Assembly: GCA_965232515.1 (NCBI GenBank) | Contig: CBDDPY010000002.1 | Span: 992,001 to 1,056,000, forward strand | Source of the DNA: Alphaproteobacteria bacterium | GTDB taxonomy: Bacteria; Pseudomonadota; Alphaproteobacteria; GCA-2731375 | Direction of reading: 5' to 3' | Length of the DNA stretch: 64,000 nucleotides | In this document: positions 1-8,900 of the stretch, piece after piece | Layout of the letters: each line of letters starts with the position of its first letter | How positions within the stretch are numbered: the stretch's first letter is position 1 | Position numbers and translations under genes: made by a program | Notes under the pieces: model-generated | Told to the model about the DNA's origin: nothing | The model's database searches: none | The model's input: only the letters and a program-made list of their open reading frames with translations

Positions 1-256
1 CCATACTTAAATCCCCGTATTTGACATACTTCAATACGGCAATGTTGCCGATAAACGCCATCAGCGCGTAGAGCAAGGCGATGTCGAGAAAGTCCGGCCG
101 GCCGATCAGAAAGTCGTAGACCGCGATCAGCAGCACCGTCTTGGTGGCGAAGGCATTGACGGCGGCGATCCGGTCGAACACGGTTGGCCCGAGAAATGCC
201 CGCGCCAGCGCCATGGCCATGGTCATCAGAATGGCGATCGTGGCGACGGCGAACAT
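1..256 (-). CDS. mrpF: Mrp/Mnh Na+/H+ antiporter subunit F (runs off the window edge)
   Basis: Manual translation from ATG at 256: MFAVATIAILMTMAMALARAFLGPTVFDRIAAVNAFATK...DIALLYALMAFIGNIAVLKY. GPTxxDR is typical of MrpF. TGATG overlap with the mrpE stop. Not in the ORF track. Confidence 0.9.
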   Translation of the reverse strand, partial: MFAVATIAILMTMAMALARAFLGPTVFDRIAAVNAFATKTVLLIAVYDFLIGRPDFLDIALLYALMAFIGNIAVLKYVKYGDLSM

Positions 257-741
257 CAGGACCGCTTCTCGGCGTCGCTGACCCGACGGTCCATCTCGCC
301 GGTCTGGACGCCGGCCGCGTCGTCGGACGACAAGGCGTGCACGCGGATCGTGCCGAGGTCGAGATCGACCGACACCGTCCCCGGCGTCAATGTAATCCAG
401 TTGGCATAGGTCGCCTGGCCGATATCGCTTTTCTGGCTGGCGGAGGTTTCGAACAATTGCGGTGTGATCGGCAGCGCCGGATCGACGATGCGGCGGGCGA
501 CGGCGATGTTGGCCTTGCCGATCTCGGCAATCAGCCAGGGCAGTTGACGCAACGCGCTCAGGCTCAGGCCCGCCGGAACACCTTCATGGTCGATCACCTG
601 CATGCGCCGGGCGATGTACAGGCAGAACGCCACCGAGGCGACACCGAGGATCAGAAGCAACGGTTCGTAGTGACCGGACAACGCCAGCCAGCAGGCGGCC
701 AGTGCCAGACTCAAGACGATCAGCTTCGAACCGGCGCGCAT
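256..741 (-). CDS. mrpE: Mrp/Mnh Na+/H+ antiporter subunit E
   Basis: Hydrophobic N-terminus (WLALSG) and ANWITLTPGT...VHAL motif of MnhE. Confidence 0.92.
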   Translation of the reverse strand: MRAGSKLIVLSLALAACWLALSGHYEPLLLILGVASVAFCLYIARRMQVIDHEGVPAGLSLSALRQLPWLIAEIGKANIAVARRIVDPALPITPQLFETSASQKSDIGQATYANWITLTPGTVSVDLDLGTIRVHALSSDDAAGVQTGEMDRRVSDAEKRS

Positions 742-941
742 CTCAGTCGCTCCGGCATCGCGCGCCGAACGCCAGCCGACGACGCCGGACGCACGGGGGA
801 TCTGTCATGACGACGTCAAACATTTTGGAGGTGCGGCAGTCTGTTGGCGGCCATGACACAGGAAAAGAAAAAGGTTGCCATTGCTAGTCTCCGGGTGACT
901 TTCGGCAAGATAAAGTGATGCCGAGACACCACAAAGACGTG

Positions 942-997
942 AACCGGTTTAAACCGGTTACCGGTTTGTGACAACATTGAAACCGTGATAACGTTTC
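942..997. promoter_or_regulatory. Palindromic operator cluster in the mrpE/csp divergent region
   Basis: Perfect palindrome AACCGGTTTAAACCGGTT at 942-959, a third ACCGGTT at 960-966, and GATAACGTTTC near 986-997. These resemble LacI-type AAnCGnTT sites. Confidence 0.45.
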
Positions 998-1031
998 TGG
1001 ATAAAACTTGGGGGTACAGCATCTCAAAGTT

Positions 1032-1580
1032 ATGTCAGATCGGGACGATGGTGACATTGTTGACCCGGCGCCACCAACGTTATCAAGCGGAACAGTCAAG
1101 TGGTTTGACGCCGTAAAGGGATACGGCTTTGTTGTCGCCGCCGACGGCAGCGGGGACATCCTACTCCATAAGACGGTTTTGCAGGCCGCCGGTCACGAAG
1201 TAATACACGAGGGCACGACCGTCGTTTGCGAAGTGGTGCGCCGTGAGCGCGGCATGCAGGCGTTGAGTATCGTCGAAATCGACACCTCGAACGCGGTGCC
1301 GCCACCGCCGCGTCGGCCGGCGCGCAGCCCGACGGCGCCGCGACCGGACTACCCGCCGGTCGAGGGCGACGGCGATTTTCTCGATGTGTCGGTCAAGTGG
1401 TTCAACCGGGTCAAGGGCTATGGATTCGTGACGCGCGGCGAGGGCACCCGCGACGTGTTCATCCACGCCGAAGTGCTGCGCCGGCAGGGGATCGAAGATC
1501 TGCAGCCGGGACAGCAGATCCGCGTGCGGATCGGCGAGGGGCCGCGCGGCCCTCTGGTGACGGACGTCGCCCTGGAATAG
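1032..1580 (+). CDS. Cold-shock protein with two tandem CSDs
   Basis: Two VKWF..KGYGF (RNP1) motifs plus D(I/V)(L/F)xH motifs, joined by a Pro-rich linker. ATG 1032 preferred over TTG 1008. Confidence 0.93.
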   Translation: MSDRDDGDIVDPAPPTLSSGTVKWFDAVKGYGFVVAADGSGDILLHKTVLQAAGHEVIHEGTTVVCEVVRRERGMQALSIVEIDTSNAVPPPPRRPARSPTAPRPDYPPVEGDGDFLDVSVKWFNRVKGYGFVTRGEGTRDVFIHAEVLRRQGIEDLQPGQQIRVRIGEGPRGPLVTDVALE

Positions 1581-1608
1581 CCGGCCTTGGCCGTAGGCGG
1601 CGACCGGC

Positions 1609-2541
1609 CTAATCGATCGCGACGGCGTAGTCGGCAACGGGCGGCGCTTTGCCGATCAGTTCCTGCGCCATCAGAAAATCAGCGAAGCGGGCATAACGCC
1701 CACGATCGAGCGCGGCCGGCCGCAACGCGAAGCGTGGCAGCGTATCGCGCCAGGCGCGGCGGTTGAGTTCGTCGTCCAGATCCGGATTTAGCTCCAGAAA
1801 CAGCTCCCAGCTTTCCTGCGGCCGGTTGACGAGATACTGCACGCCGCGCTCCAGCGCCGTCAGGAAGCGGCGGTAGCGCGGATCGTCCAGCCGGTCCTTG
1901 TGCGCCACGACAATCAACTCGTCATAGGGCGGCACGCCTTCCTCCTCGACATAGAAGGCGCGGCCCGGCTTGCCGACGATGTCCATCTGGTTCAGCTCGA
2001 AATTCCGGTAGGCGCCGATCACCGCGTCGACCTGGCCCGAGACCAGCGACGGCGACAACGAGAAATTCACGTTGATCAGTTCGACGTCATCGAGGGCGAG
2101 GCCGGCCCTTTCCAGCATCGCTTTCAGGATCGCGTCCTCGAAGCCGCCAACCGAGAAGCCGATCTTGCGCCCCTTCAGATCCGCGATCGATTGAATGGGA
2201 CCGTCGGCCAGCACCACCAGCGAATTCAGCGGCGTCGCCACCAGCGTGCCGACGCGCACCAGTGGCAGGCCCTGATCGACCTGGATATGCAGCTGCGGCT
2301 GATAGGAAATCGCCAGGTCGGCCTTGCCGGCGGCGACCAGCTTGGGCGGGTCGTTCGGGTCGGCCGGCGCGATCATCTCGACCTCCAGCCCGGCATCGCG
2401 GAAGTAGCCCCGCGCCTCGGCCACATAGAGGGGCGCATGGTCCGGATTGATGAACCAGTCCAGCAGCAGGGTCAGCTTGTCCGCCGCCTGCGCCGGCAGG
2501 ACCAGCAAGGTAAGCGCAAAGGTCAATACGATACGAAACAT
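1609..2541 (-). CDS. thiY: Thiamine-precursor (HMP/FAMP) ABC transporter substrate-binding protein, NMT1/THI5-like
   Basis: Signal peptide MFRIVLTFALTLLVLPAQA and LDWFINPDH motif. Likely start 2541; the ORF-track 5' extension overlaps the permease. Downstream of the TPP riboswitch. Confidence 0.9.
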   Translation of the reverse strand: MFRIVLTFALTLLVLPAQAADKLTLLLDWFINPDHAPLYVAEARGYFRDAGLEVEMIAPADPNDPPKLVAAGKADLAISYQPQLHIQVDQGLPLVRVGTLVATPLNSLVVLADGPIQSIADLKGRKIGFSVGGFEDAILKAMLERAGLALDDVELINVNFSLSPSLVSGQVDAVIGAYRNFELNQMDIVGKPGRAFYVEEEGVPPYDELIVVAHKDRLDDPRYRRFLTALERGVQYLVNRPQESWELFLELNPDLDDELNRRAWRDTLPRFALRPAALDRGRYARFADFLMAQELIGKAPPVADYAVAID

Positions 2542-2567
2542 GGCAAGGCTCCCAAATTTACTCGTTG

Positions 2568-3365
2568 TCAGTTTGTCGAGGTGTTCGACGCCAGCCGGCC
2601 TTCCGCCGGCAAACTGTCCGGCTGCCAGGGCAGGGCCCGGCGCAGGATGGCGTCGACCGCGAAATAGAGACCGACGGCGATGACGGCCAGCGTCAGCAGC
2701 GCCGCGAACAACAGATCGATCTGCATGCGGCCGTTGGCGTGCAGCATCAGATAGCCGAGGCCGGCGCTGGAGCCGACCCACTCGCCGACGACGGCGCCGA
2801 TCGGCGCCACGGCGGCCGCGACCCGCAGGCCGGACGCCAGCGCCGGCAGGGCGGCCGGAATGCGGACGTGCCGCAGCTCGGCCCAGCGGCCGCCGCCATG
2901 GCCGGCAGTCATTGTGCGCGCGAGGTCGAGCCAGCCCGGCTCGGTGCGGCGCAGCCCGTCCAGCAGGCTCGCGGTGACGGGGAAGAAGATGATGATCGCC
3001 GCCATCGTCACCTTGGAGGCGATGCCGTAGCCCAGCCACAACACCAAGAGCGGCGCCAGCGCAAAGAACGGGATCGAGGGCGCGATCACCAGCACCGGAA
3101 ACAGCCAACGGCGCACACTGTTGTGATAGCCGATCAGCACCGCGCTCACGGCGCCGAGGCCGCTGCCCAGCGCGAAGCCGAGCAGGATCTCGATCAGCGT
3201 GATGCCGGCATGCCGGGCGATGAGATCGGCGCGCGTGATCCAGGTTTCCAGCACGACCAGCGGCCCCGGCAGGATGTAGTGCGGCAGTTCATTCAGGCTG
3301 ACGACGACCTGCCAGACCAGCAGCAATCCGGCGACCGTGACGGCGATGCGGATCAACCCGCTCAC
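2568..3365 (-). CDS. thiX: ABC transporter permease
   Basis: Multi-TM BPD_transp_1 pattern, GAVVGEWVGSSAGLGY; in the operon. Confidence 0.88.
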   Translation of the reverse strand: MSGLIRIAVTVAGLLLVWQVVVSLNELPHYILPGPLVVLETWITRADLIARHAGITLIEILLGFALGSGLGAVSAVLIGYHNSVRRWLFPVLVIAPSIPFFALAPLLVLWLGYGIASKVTMAAIIIFFPVTASLLDGLRRTEPGWLDLARTMTAGHGGGRWAELRHVRIPAALPALASGLRVAAAVAPIGAVVGEWVGSSAGLGYLMLHANGRMQIDLLFAALLTLAVIAVGLYFAVDAILRRALPWQPDSLPAEGRLASNTSTN

Positions 3366-4132
3366 GGCGCCGTCGCCCCGCCGCCGAGCCGGTGCAGCAA
3401 TTCGGCATAGCGTTCGTGCAGGGTCATGTCGGTGGCGTCGCGCGGCGGCGGTCCGGCCGGCCTTAGCGGCGTGTGCAGCACGGCCGGCGCGCCGCTCAGC
3501 ACGTGAATGCCGTGTCCGACGCGCAGCGCCTCCAGCGGATCGTGCGTCACCAGCAACACCGTGCGGTCGGCCAGCAGCTCGGCCGCCAGATCCTGCAACT
3601 TCAGCCGGGTCAGCGCGTCGAGCGACGAGAACGGCTCGTCCATCAGCACGACGGGCCGGTCTTCCATCAACGTACGGGCCAGCGCCGCCCGCTGACGCAT
3701 GCCGCCCGACAGCACCTGCGGCCGGTCGGCGGCACGGTCGGCGAGGCCGACATGTTCCAGCAAGGCAAGCGCCCGATCGCGATCCGGCGCCTCGCCGCGC
3801 AAACGGCTGCCCAGCAGCACGTTGTCGACGACGGTGAGCCAGGGATACAGCAGATCGCGCTGATCCATGTAGGCAATGCGGCCGTCCAGCGGCGCGCCAT
3901 CGCTCGCCGCCAGCGCGGTTGCCGTCGCGGTCGGCGCCAGGCCGGCGATCAGCCGCAGCAGGCTGCTCTTGCCGACCCCGGACGGACCCAGCAGGCAGGT
4001 GATTTCGCCGGCCGGCAGATCGAGATCGAGATCGCGAAAGACGTTGCGCCCGTCATAGTCGAGCGACGCGCCGCGCAGCGTCAGCCCAACACCGGACGCC
4101 CAACCATAATCTTCTTGTGTGATGGCAACCAT
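3362..4132 (-). CDS. thiZ: ABC transporter ATP-binding protein
   Basis: Walker A GPSGVGKS, signature LSGGMRQR, Walker B LMDEPF. Confidence 0.9.
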   Translation of the reverse strand: MVAITQEDYGWASGVGLTLRGASLDYDGRNVFRDLDLDLPAGEITCLLGPSGVGKSSLLRLIAGLAPTATATALAASDGAPLDGRIAYMDQRDLLYPWLTVVDNVLLGSRLRGEAPDRDRALALLEHVGLADRAADRPQVLSGGMRQRAALARTLMEDRPVVLMDEPFSSLDALTRLKLQDLAAELLADRTVLLVTHDPLEALRVGHGIHVLSGAPAVLHTPLRPAGPPPRDATDMTLHERYAELLHRLGGGATAP

Positions 4133-4140
4133 GACGCACT

Positions 4141-4230
4141 CGTCCCTACGCCGGCATGAACCGGATCAGGTTCGAGGGGTCGTTCCGCCTACCGGAACCT
4201 CTCAGCCCAACGGGGCTCCCCCCAGTGACG
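4141..4230 (-). ncRNA. TPP (THI-box) riboswitch
   Basis: Minus strand reads GGGG...GCTGAGAGG...ACCC..GAACCTGATCCGGTTCATGCCGGCGTAGGGA, immediately upstream of the thiZ start. Confidence 0.95.
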
Positions 4231-4421
4231 CTATGAATATATGCGCTGGGAAAACCGTTGCCTAGGGCGCGTTCGCATTAATTGTCACGGCCGTCCGCGC
4301 ACCACCAGATCCGCTTTCGGCGTTTTTCTTGATGTCGCGGGTGCCGCTCGGACGGTCGGCGAATAGTCACAAACGGCCATTCGTGGTGACGGAAGTCGGT
4401 CGATGAACGATAATCGGGCAC

Positions 4422-5051
4422 ATGAACGATGGCTGCTGCCAAGGACATGTTGACATAGCGGCCTTGGAGACGCGACAGCGTCGCGTTTTGACTTATGTGC
4501 TGGTGATCAATGTCGGCGCCTTCTCAATGATGGTGGCCGGCGCGGCGCACAGTGGTTCTTCAGCGTTGCTTTCGGGCGCCTTGGACAATCTCGGCGACGC
4601 GCTGACCTATGCACTGAGCCTGGCCGTCGTCGGCGCCGGTTCCGCGGCCAAGGCACGGGTCGCCTTATTCAAGGGTTTATTGATCCTCGGCGCCGCCGTC
4701 GCCGTGGCTGTTCAGATCGGTTGGCACTTACTCCACCTTGAAACGCCGATCTTTGAAACGATGAGTATCGTTGCGCTCCTCAATCTGGCAGCCAACTTGC
4801 TGTGTCTGCGATTGTTGTATCCCTACCGCAATGGCGACGTGAATATGACGTCGGTCTGGGAGTGCTCGCGCAACGATGTCATCGAAGGGCTTGCCGTGAT
4901 CGCGGCGGCGCTTGCGGTGTGGCTGTTTGATTCCGGATGGCCCGATGTTTTGATCGCAATCGCTTTGCTGATCCTGTTCTTACGCTCTGCTGCCCGTGTT
5001 CTGGGAAGCGCATGGCGAGAGCTCGATACAGCGCCTTCATCGAGCGCATGA
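4422..5051 (+). CDS. Cation diffusion facilitator-like transporter (TM domain only)
   Basis: About 6 TM segments, ALDNLGDA and WECSRNDV metal-site motifs, N-terminal CC..H. Confidence 0.85.
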   Translation: MNDGCCQGHVDIAALETRQRRVLTYVLVINVGAFSMMVAGAAHSGSSALLSGALDNLGDALTYALSLAVVGAGSAAKARVALFKGLLILGAAVAVAVQIGWHLLHLETPIFETMSIVALLNLAANLLCLRLLYPYRNGDVNMTSVWECSRNDVIEGLAVIAAALAVWLFDSGWPDVLIAIALLILFLRSAARVLGSAWRELDTAPSSSA

Positions 5052-5077
5052 TGCGCGCTGGCGTCGATCAGGCCGGT

Positions 5078-5152
5078 GACGCTGACGCCGGCCGGCGTCA
5101 GCGTCTCTGCGAAGGGGGCGGAGCCGGGCTCTTTAACGCCGGGGCTCCGCCC
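5078..5152. terminator. Two hairpins between convergent genes (probable bidirectional terminator region)
   Basis: Perfect 28-bp palindrome GACGCTGACGCCGGCCGGCGTCAGCGTC (5078-5105) and a GGGCGGAGCC...GGCTCCGCCC stem (5116-5152). Confidence 0.55.
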
Positions 5153-5164
5153 GTCACATCTGCC

Positions 5165-5332
5165 CTAACCGTGGCAGGCGCAGCCGGCATGTTCGCAGCC
5201 AGCGCCCTTCGGGTGCCCGTCGGCGCAGGCTTCGCTGCAATAGTTGCGCTCGCTCTTCTTCACGGCGTTGTTCACGTCGACGATACAAACACAATCTGCG
5301 CAGGCACATTTTTGCTGGGTCACGTTCACCAT
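5165..5332 (-). CDS. smtA: Bacterial metallothionein (SmtA/BmtA family), 55 aa
   Basis: Manual translation: MVNVTQQKCACADCVCIVDVNNAVKKSERNYCSEACADGHPKGAGCEHAGCACHG. 9 Cys and 3 His; KCAC..C.C, YCSEACADGH and GC.H.GC.CHG match SmtA. TAATG coupling to the ArsR gene. Confidence 0.95.
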   Translation of the reverse strand: MVNVTQQKCACADCVCIVDVNNAVKKSERNYCSEACADGHPKGAGCEHAGCACHG

Positions 5333-5670
5333 TAGTCGTCTCCTTGGTGTGGCTCATCGGAACCGCCATGTTCGTGGATGAACAGGTGGTCGATCATGAT
5401 CTTGAGAACGTCGCGCACGCAGGCATCGGCCATCGAATAGAACACCTGCTTGCCCCGTCGTTCCCCCCGCAGCATGCGCGCGGCACGCAACAGCCGAAGG
5501 TGGTGACTGACCAGGGAAGCAGAGAGTCCCAGTTCGTCGGCTATTTCGCCGGCGGGGATCTCGCGCTCCATGCAGACCACCACAATCGACAGGCGGGTCG
5601 GATCCGCCAGCAACCCGAACGTTTCGGCGAGTTGGGCTGTCTGGTCTGGCTGCAATCCGTGATTCTGCAT
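5332..5670 (-). CDS. ArsR/SmtB family metal-sensing repressor
   Basis: LADPTRL, SLVSHHLRLLR wHTH, R.GKQVFY, His-rich C-terminus. Confidence 0.92.
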   Translation of the reverse strand: MQNHGLQPDQTAQLAETFGLLADPTRLSIVVVCMEREIPAGEIADELGLSASLVSHHLRLLRAARMLRGERRGKQVFYSMADACVRDVLKIMIDHLFIHEHGGSDEPHQGDD

Positions 5671-5676
5671 AAATAT

Positions 5677-5706
5677 ACAATTAAACCATTATTCAAGTGT
5701 TGACAA
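5677..5706 (-). promoter_or_regulatory. SmtB/CzrA-like operator inside a putative sigma70 promoter
   Basis: Minus strand ACACTTGAA-TAATGG-TTTAATTGT is an imperfect inverted repeat (TGAA-N6-TTCA type). TTGTCA-N17-TAATTG ends 7 nt before the ATG. Confidence 0.6.
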
Positions 5707-5915
5707 GCAAAATTTCGGCATGAGCCGCCTTTCTGGGTCCCGGCTGAACGTTGAGAAGGGGTCAGACACAGCTGTCAGGGCAGGGCATGCCCGTGTCGGT
5801 TCCAGGATTACCCCGCCTGATCGAACGGCTGGTTGGTCATCCGCGCCATTCCCCCAAAAAAGGCATCGAGCAGGCGATCCATCATCGGCGGAAAATGAAG
5901 TGAATTGGGCGCCGA

Positions 5916-8900
5916 CTACTTGCAGGCGACCGGGCGTTCGCCTTCGCCGAGATACTGGCGGTGGCGCACCGTGTCGAACGAGGCGCCGCCGATGGCGCAG
6001 GCGCGGGCGATATCGAGGCCGTCCCAGATCTTGACCCAGCCGTCGTCGCCGGCGGTGGCGAAGCGTTCGCCGTCGGGATGCACGGCGATGCGCCAGCTGG
6101 GCCCCGCGTGCCCCCACTGCGATTTGGTCAGACGGCGGCCGGAGCGCACGTCCCAGATATGCAAGCTGCCGCCACGGTCGACCGCGACCAGCGTCACGCC
6201 GTCGGCGAGGTACGCCAGGTCGGTGGCGCCGCCGGTTTGCCCGGTGAAGGCCGCGAGGCGGGCGCCCGTCTCGACATCGAAGAGCGCGACCACTTCGTCG
6301 CTCGAACCCGTCGCCAGATACCGCGCATCGGGACTGAAGGTCGCGCTCCAGACGACATCGTCGGCGGCCGCAATTTCACTTCGGCGCTGCATCGTGGCGA
6401 CGTCCCACAGCGCGACCCGACCGTCCGTGCGGGCAACGGCGGCGAGCGTCGTGTCCGGCGACAGAACCGCGCGGGTGATCCGGCCATCGGTCGGCGTCAG
6501 CTCGCCGGACTGCTCACCCGTATCCGTGTCCCAAAATCTGATCTGGCCATCGCTCGCGCTCATCAGCCGTTGGCCATCGGCGGTAAACGCCAACGACCAG
6601 ATGGCGCCGTCGTGACCGGCGATGCGGCGCACGGCGGCACCGGTAACCGGATTCCATAAGCGGATCTCGCCGGCCCGGTCGGCGGTCGCCAGCATCCCGC
6701 CATCCGGCGCGAACGCGACAGCCCAGACCTGGTGCTTATGACCCCGAAGCACCGTCGGCGATCCGCTTTCGTCGTTCAATCGCCAGACCTGCACCGCGCC
6801 GGTATCGTCGCCGGCGGCCAACCATGCGCCGTCACCGCTGAACGCCACCCCCTTCGCCGATTTGCCCGATACGTTCAAGGCCGTCGCCAGATCGTGCCGA
6901 CTGTTGAGATGCCAGATCCTGATCAACTGATCCCGACCCAACGTCGCCAGCAGCTTGCCGTCGCGGCTCGCGCCGAGATCCGCGATGGCCCGGCTGTGCG
7001 CGCTGGCCGTCGCGGCCACTGACTTGGCCGCTTCGATATCCCAAAGCCGCAGCGATCCGTCGTCGTTGCCGCCGATCAACACGCCGCCGTCGGGCGAGAA
7101 CGCCACGGCGGCGATCCTGTCGTCCGGGTCGAACGCCTTGCCGGCGACCCGGCCGCTCGGATACGCGATCACGGTCGACGTGCCGTCGCTGCTCGCCGTG
7201 GCGACATATGTGCCGGCCGGGTTGAAGGCGAGCTGCAACAGCTTGCTCGAATGGGCATCGCGGACCGGCTCGAAGAGCGGCTTGCCTGACGGCAGCTGCC
7301 AGCCATGAATGCTGCCGTCTTTGCCACCGGCGACCAGGCCGCGGCCGTCCGGGCTGAAGGCCACGCTCTGAAAGCCGTTCGGTCCCAGGACCAGCGGTTC
7401 GCCATTCTGCTCGACCTGTCCCGGTCGCCACAGCCGCACCGAGCCATCACTATTGGCGGACGCAATGGCCGCGCCGTCCGGACCGAAGCTGACGCCGGAA
7501 ATCATGTCGTCGACCTCGCCGATCTTGCGGCCCTGGCCGCCAAGACCGTCCTCGACCGGCCAGAGCCAGACCGTGCCGTCGACGCCGACCGAGGCCAGCG
7601 CCCGTCCGTCGGACCTGAAGTCGAGATCCCGCACGCCGCCGTCATGGCCGCGCAGGCTTGGACCCGTCGGTTGCCGGGTGCTGCGGTCGATAATCACGAT
7701 GCTGCCGTCCCGCTGGCCGACCGCCAGCAGGCCGCCGTCGGGACTGACGGCGAGCGTCTGAGCGTCGCCGGCCGCGATCGGACTGCCGACCGGCACGGGA
7801 CCGCCATCGGCCAGCGCCTCGCGGGCCGCCAGCATGGCCGCGCGGGCGTCGAATCCCGGCGGCTCCGCCTCGGCCCGCGCAACCGCCTCGGCGCCCAGCA
7901 CCAGCGCCAGCAGCGGGTCCGACGCCACCAGGCCATGCGCCGCCGCGCCCAGCGCGCCGGCGAAACGCTCGTGCGCCTCGACCGTCGCCTGTTCCGCCAG
8001 TTCTTCGTTCAGGCGCGCCTCCCTGAGCGCCAGGAACGCGACCAGCGAGGCCGCGGTCGCGCCGGCCGCCAGGATCGACAGGACCGAGACAGCGGCGCGG
8101 CGCACGCGCCGGCTGCGGCGCTCACGCTCCACGGCCACGGCTTCCGCCCGCGCCTTGGTCTCCGCCGATGCGTTCAGGAACGCGCGCGCCGTTTCGCCCA
8201 GCTGGTCGGGATTGGAAGACGCCCAATCCAGCGCCGACAGCAGCGGGGTGCCGCGATAAAGCAGATCCGCATCCCGGTCCTCGGCGTCCCATTCGGTTGC
8301 CGCCCGGCTGATGCGCTGGCGCATGCGCAGATCGTCGCGCGATTCCTCGATCCAGGAACGCAGCCGCGGCCAGGTTCTGAGCAAGGCTTCATGGGCGATC
8401 TGTACCGAGGCGTCGTCCACCGTCAGCAATCGGGCCTCGGTCAGGCTCTCGACCACCCGGTTCATGACATCAGCCTGGGAGTCGTTGTCGATCTCGGTCC
8501 GCGCCAGCACGCGGCGCGTGTCCGGGGTGCCTTCGCCCGGCGTCACCAGGCGCAGGAACAGACGCTTGGTCACGGCCCGCTCGGTGGCATCGAAGCGGTC
8601 CTCGAACATGGCGTCCGCGGTCTGGCTGATGGCGCCCGCGACGCCGCCCGCGGCCCGGAAGCCCGCCAGCGTCAGATTGTTGCCCTCCCGCCGCGACCAG
8701 GTCTCGACCAGCGCGTGCGCCACCAGGGGCAGGGAACCTGCCTCGCTGCCGGCCTCGTCGATGATGGCGTCGACCAGGCCGCGTTCCAGATAGAGGCCCG
8801 CGGGCCGCGCCGGCTCGCTGACGGCGCGCCTCAGCTCCGGACCGGTCATCGGGCCGACCAGAACCTGGTTGTCGGTGATACGCTCGGCCAGCCACGGTAT

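Noticed and set aside
2542-3108. ORF-track N-terminal extension of ThiY
   Set aside because: It overlaps the permease gene; the signal peptide begins at 2541.
4262-4281. IS-end-like sequence CTAGGGCGCGTTCGCATTAA at the edge of the metal cassette
   Set aside because: No matching inverted copy or transposase seen.
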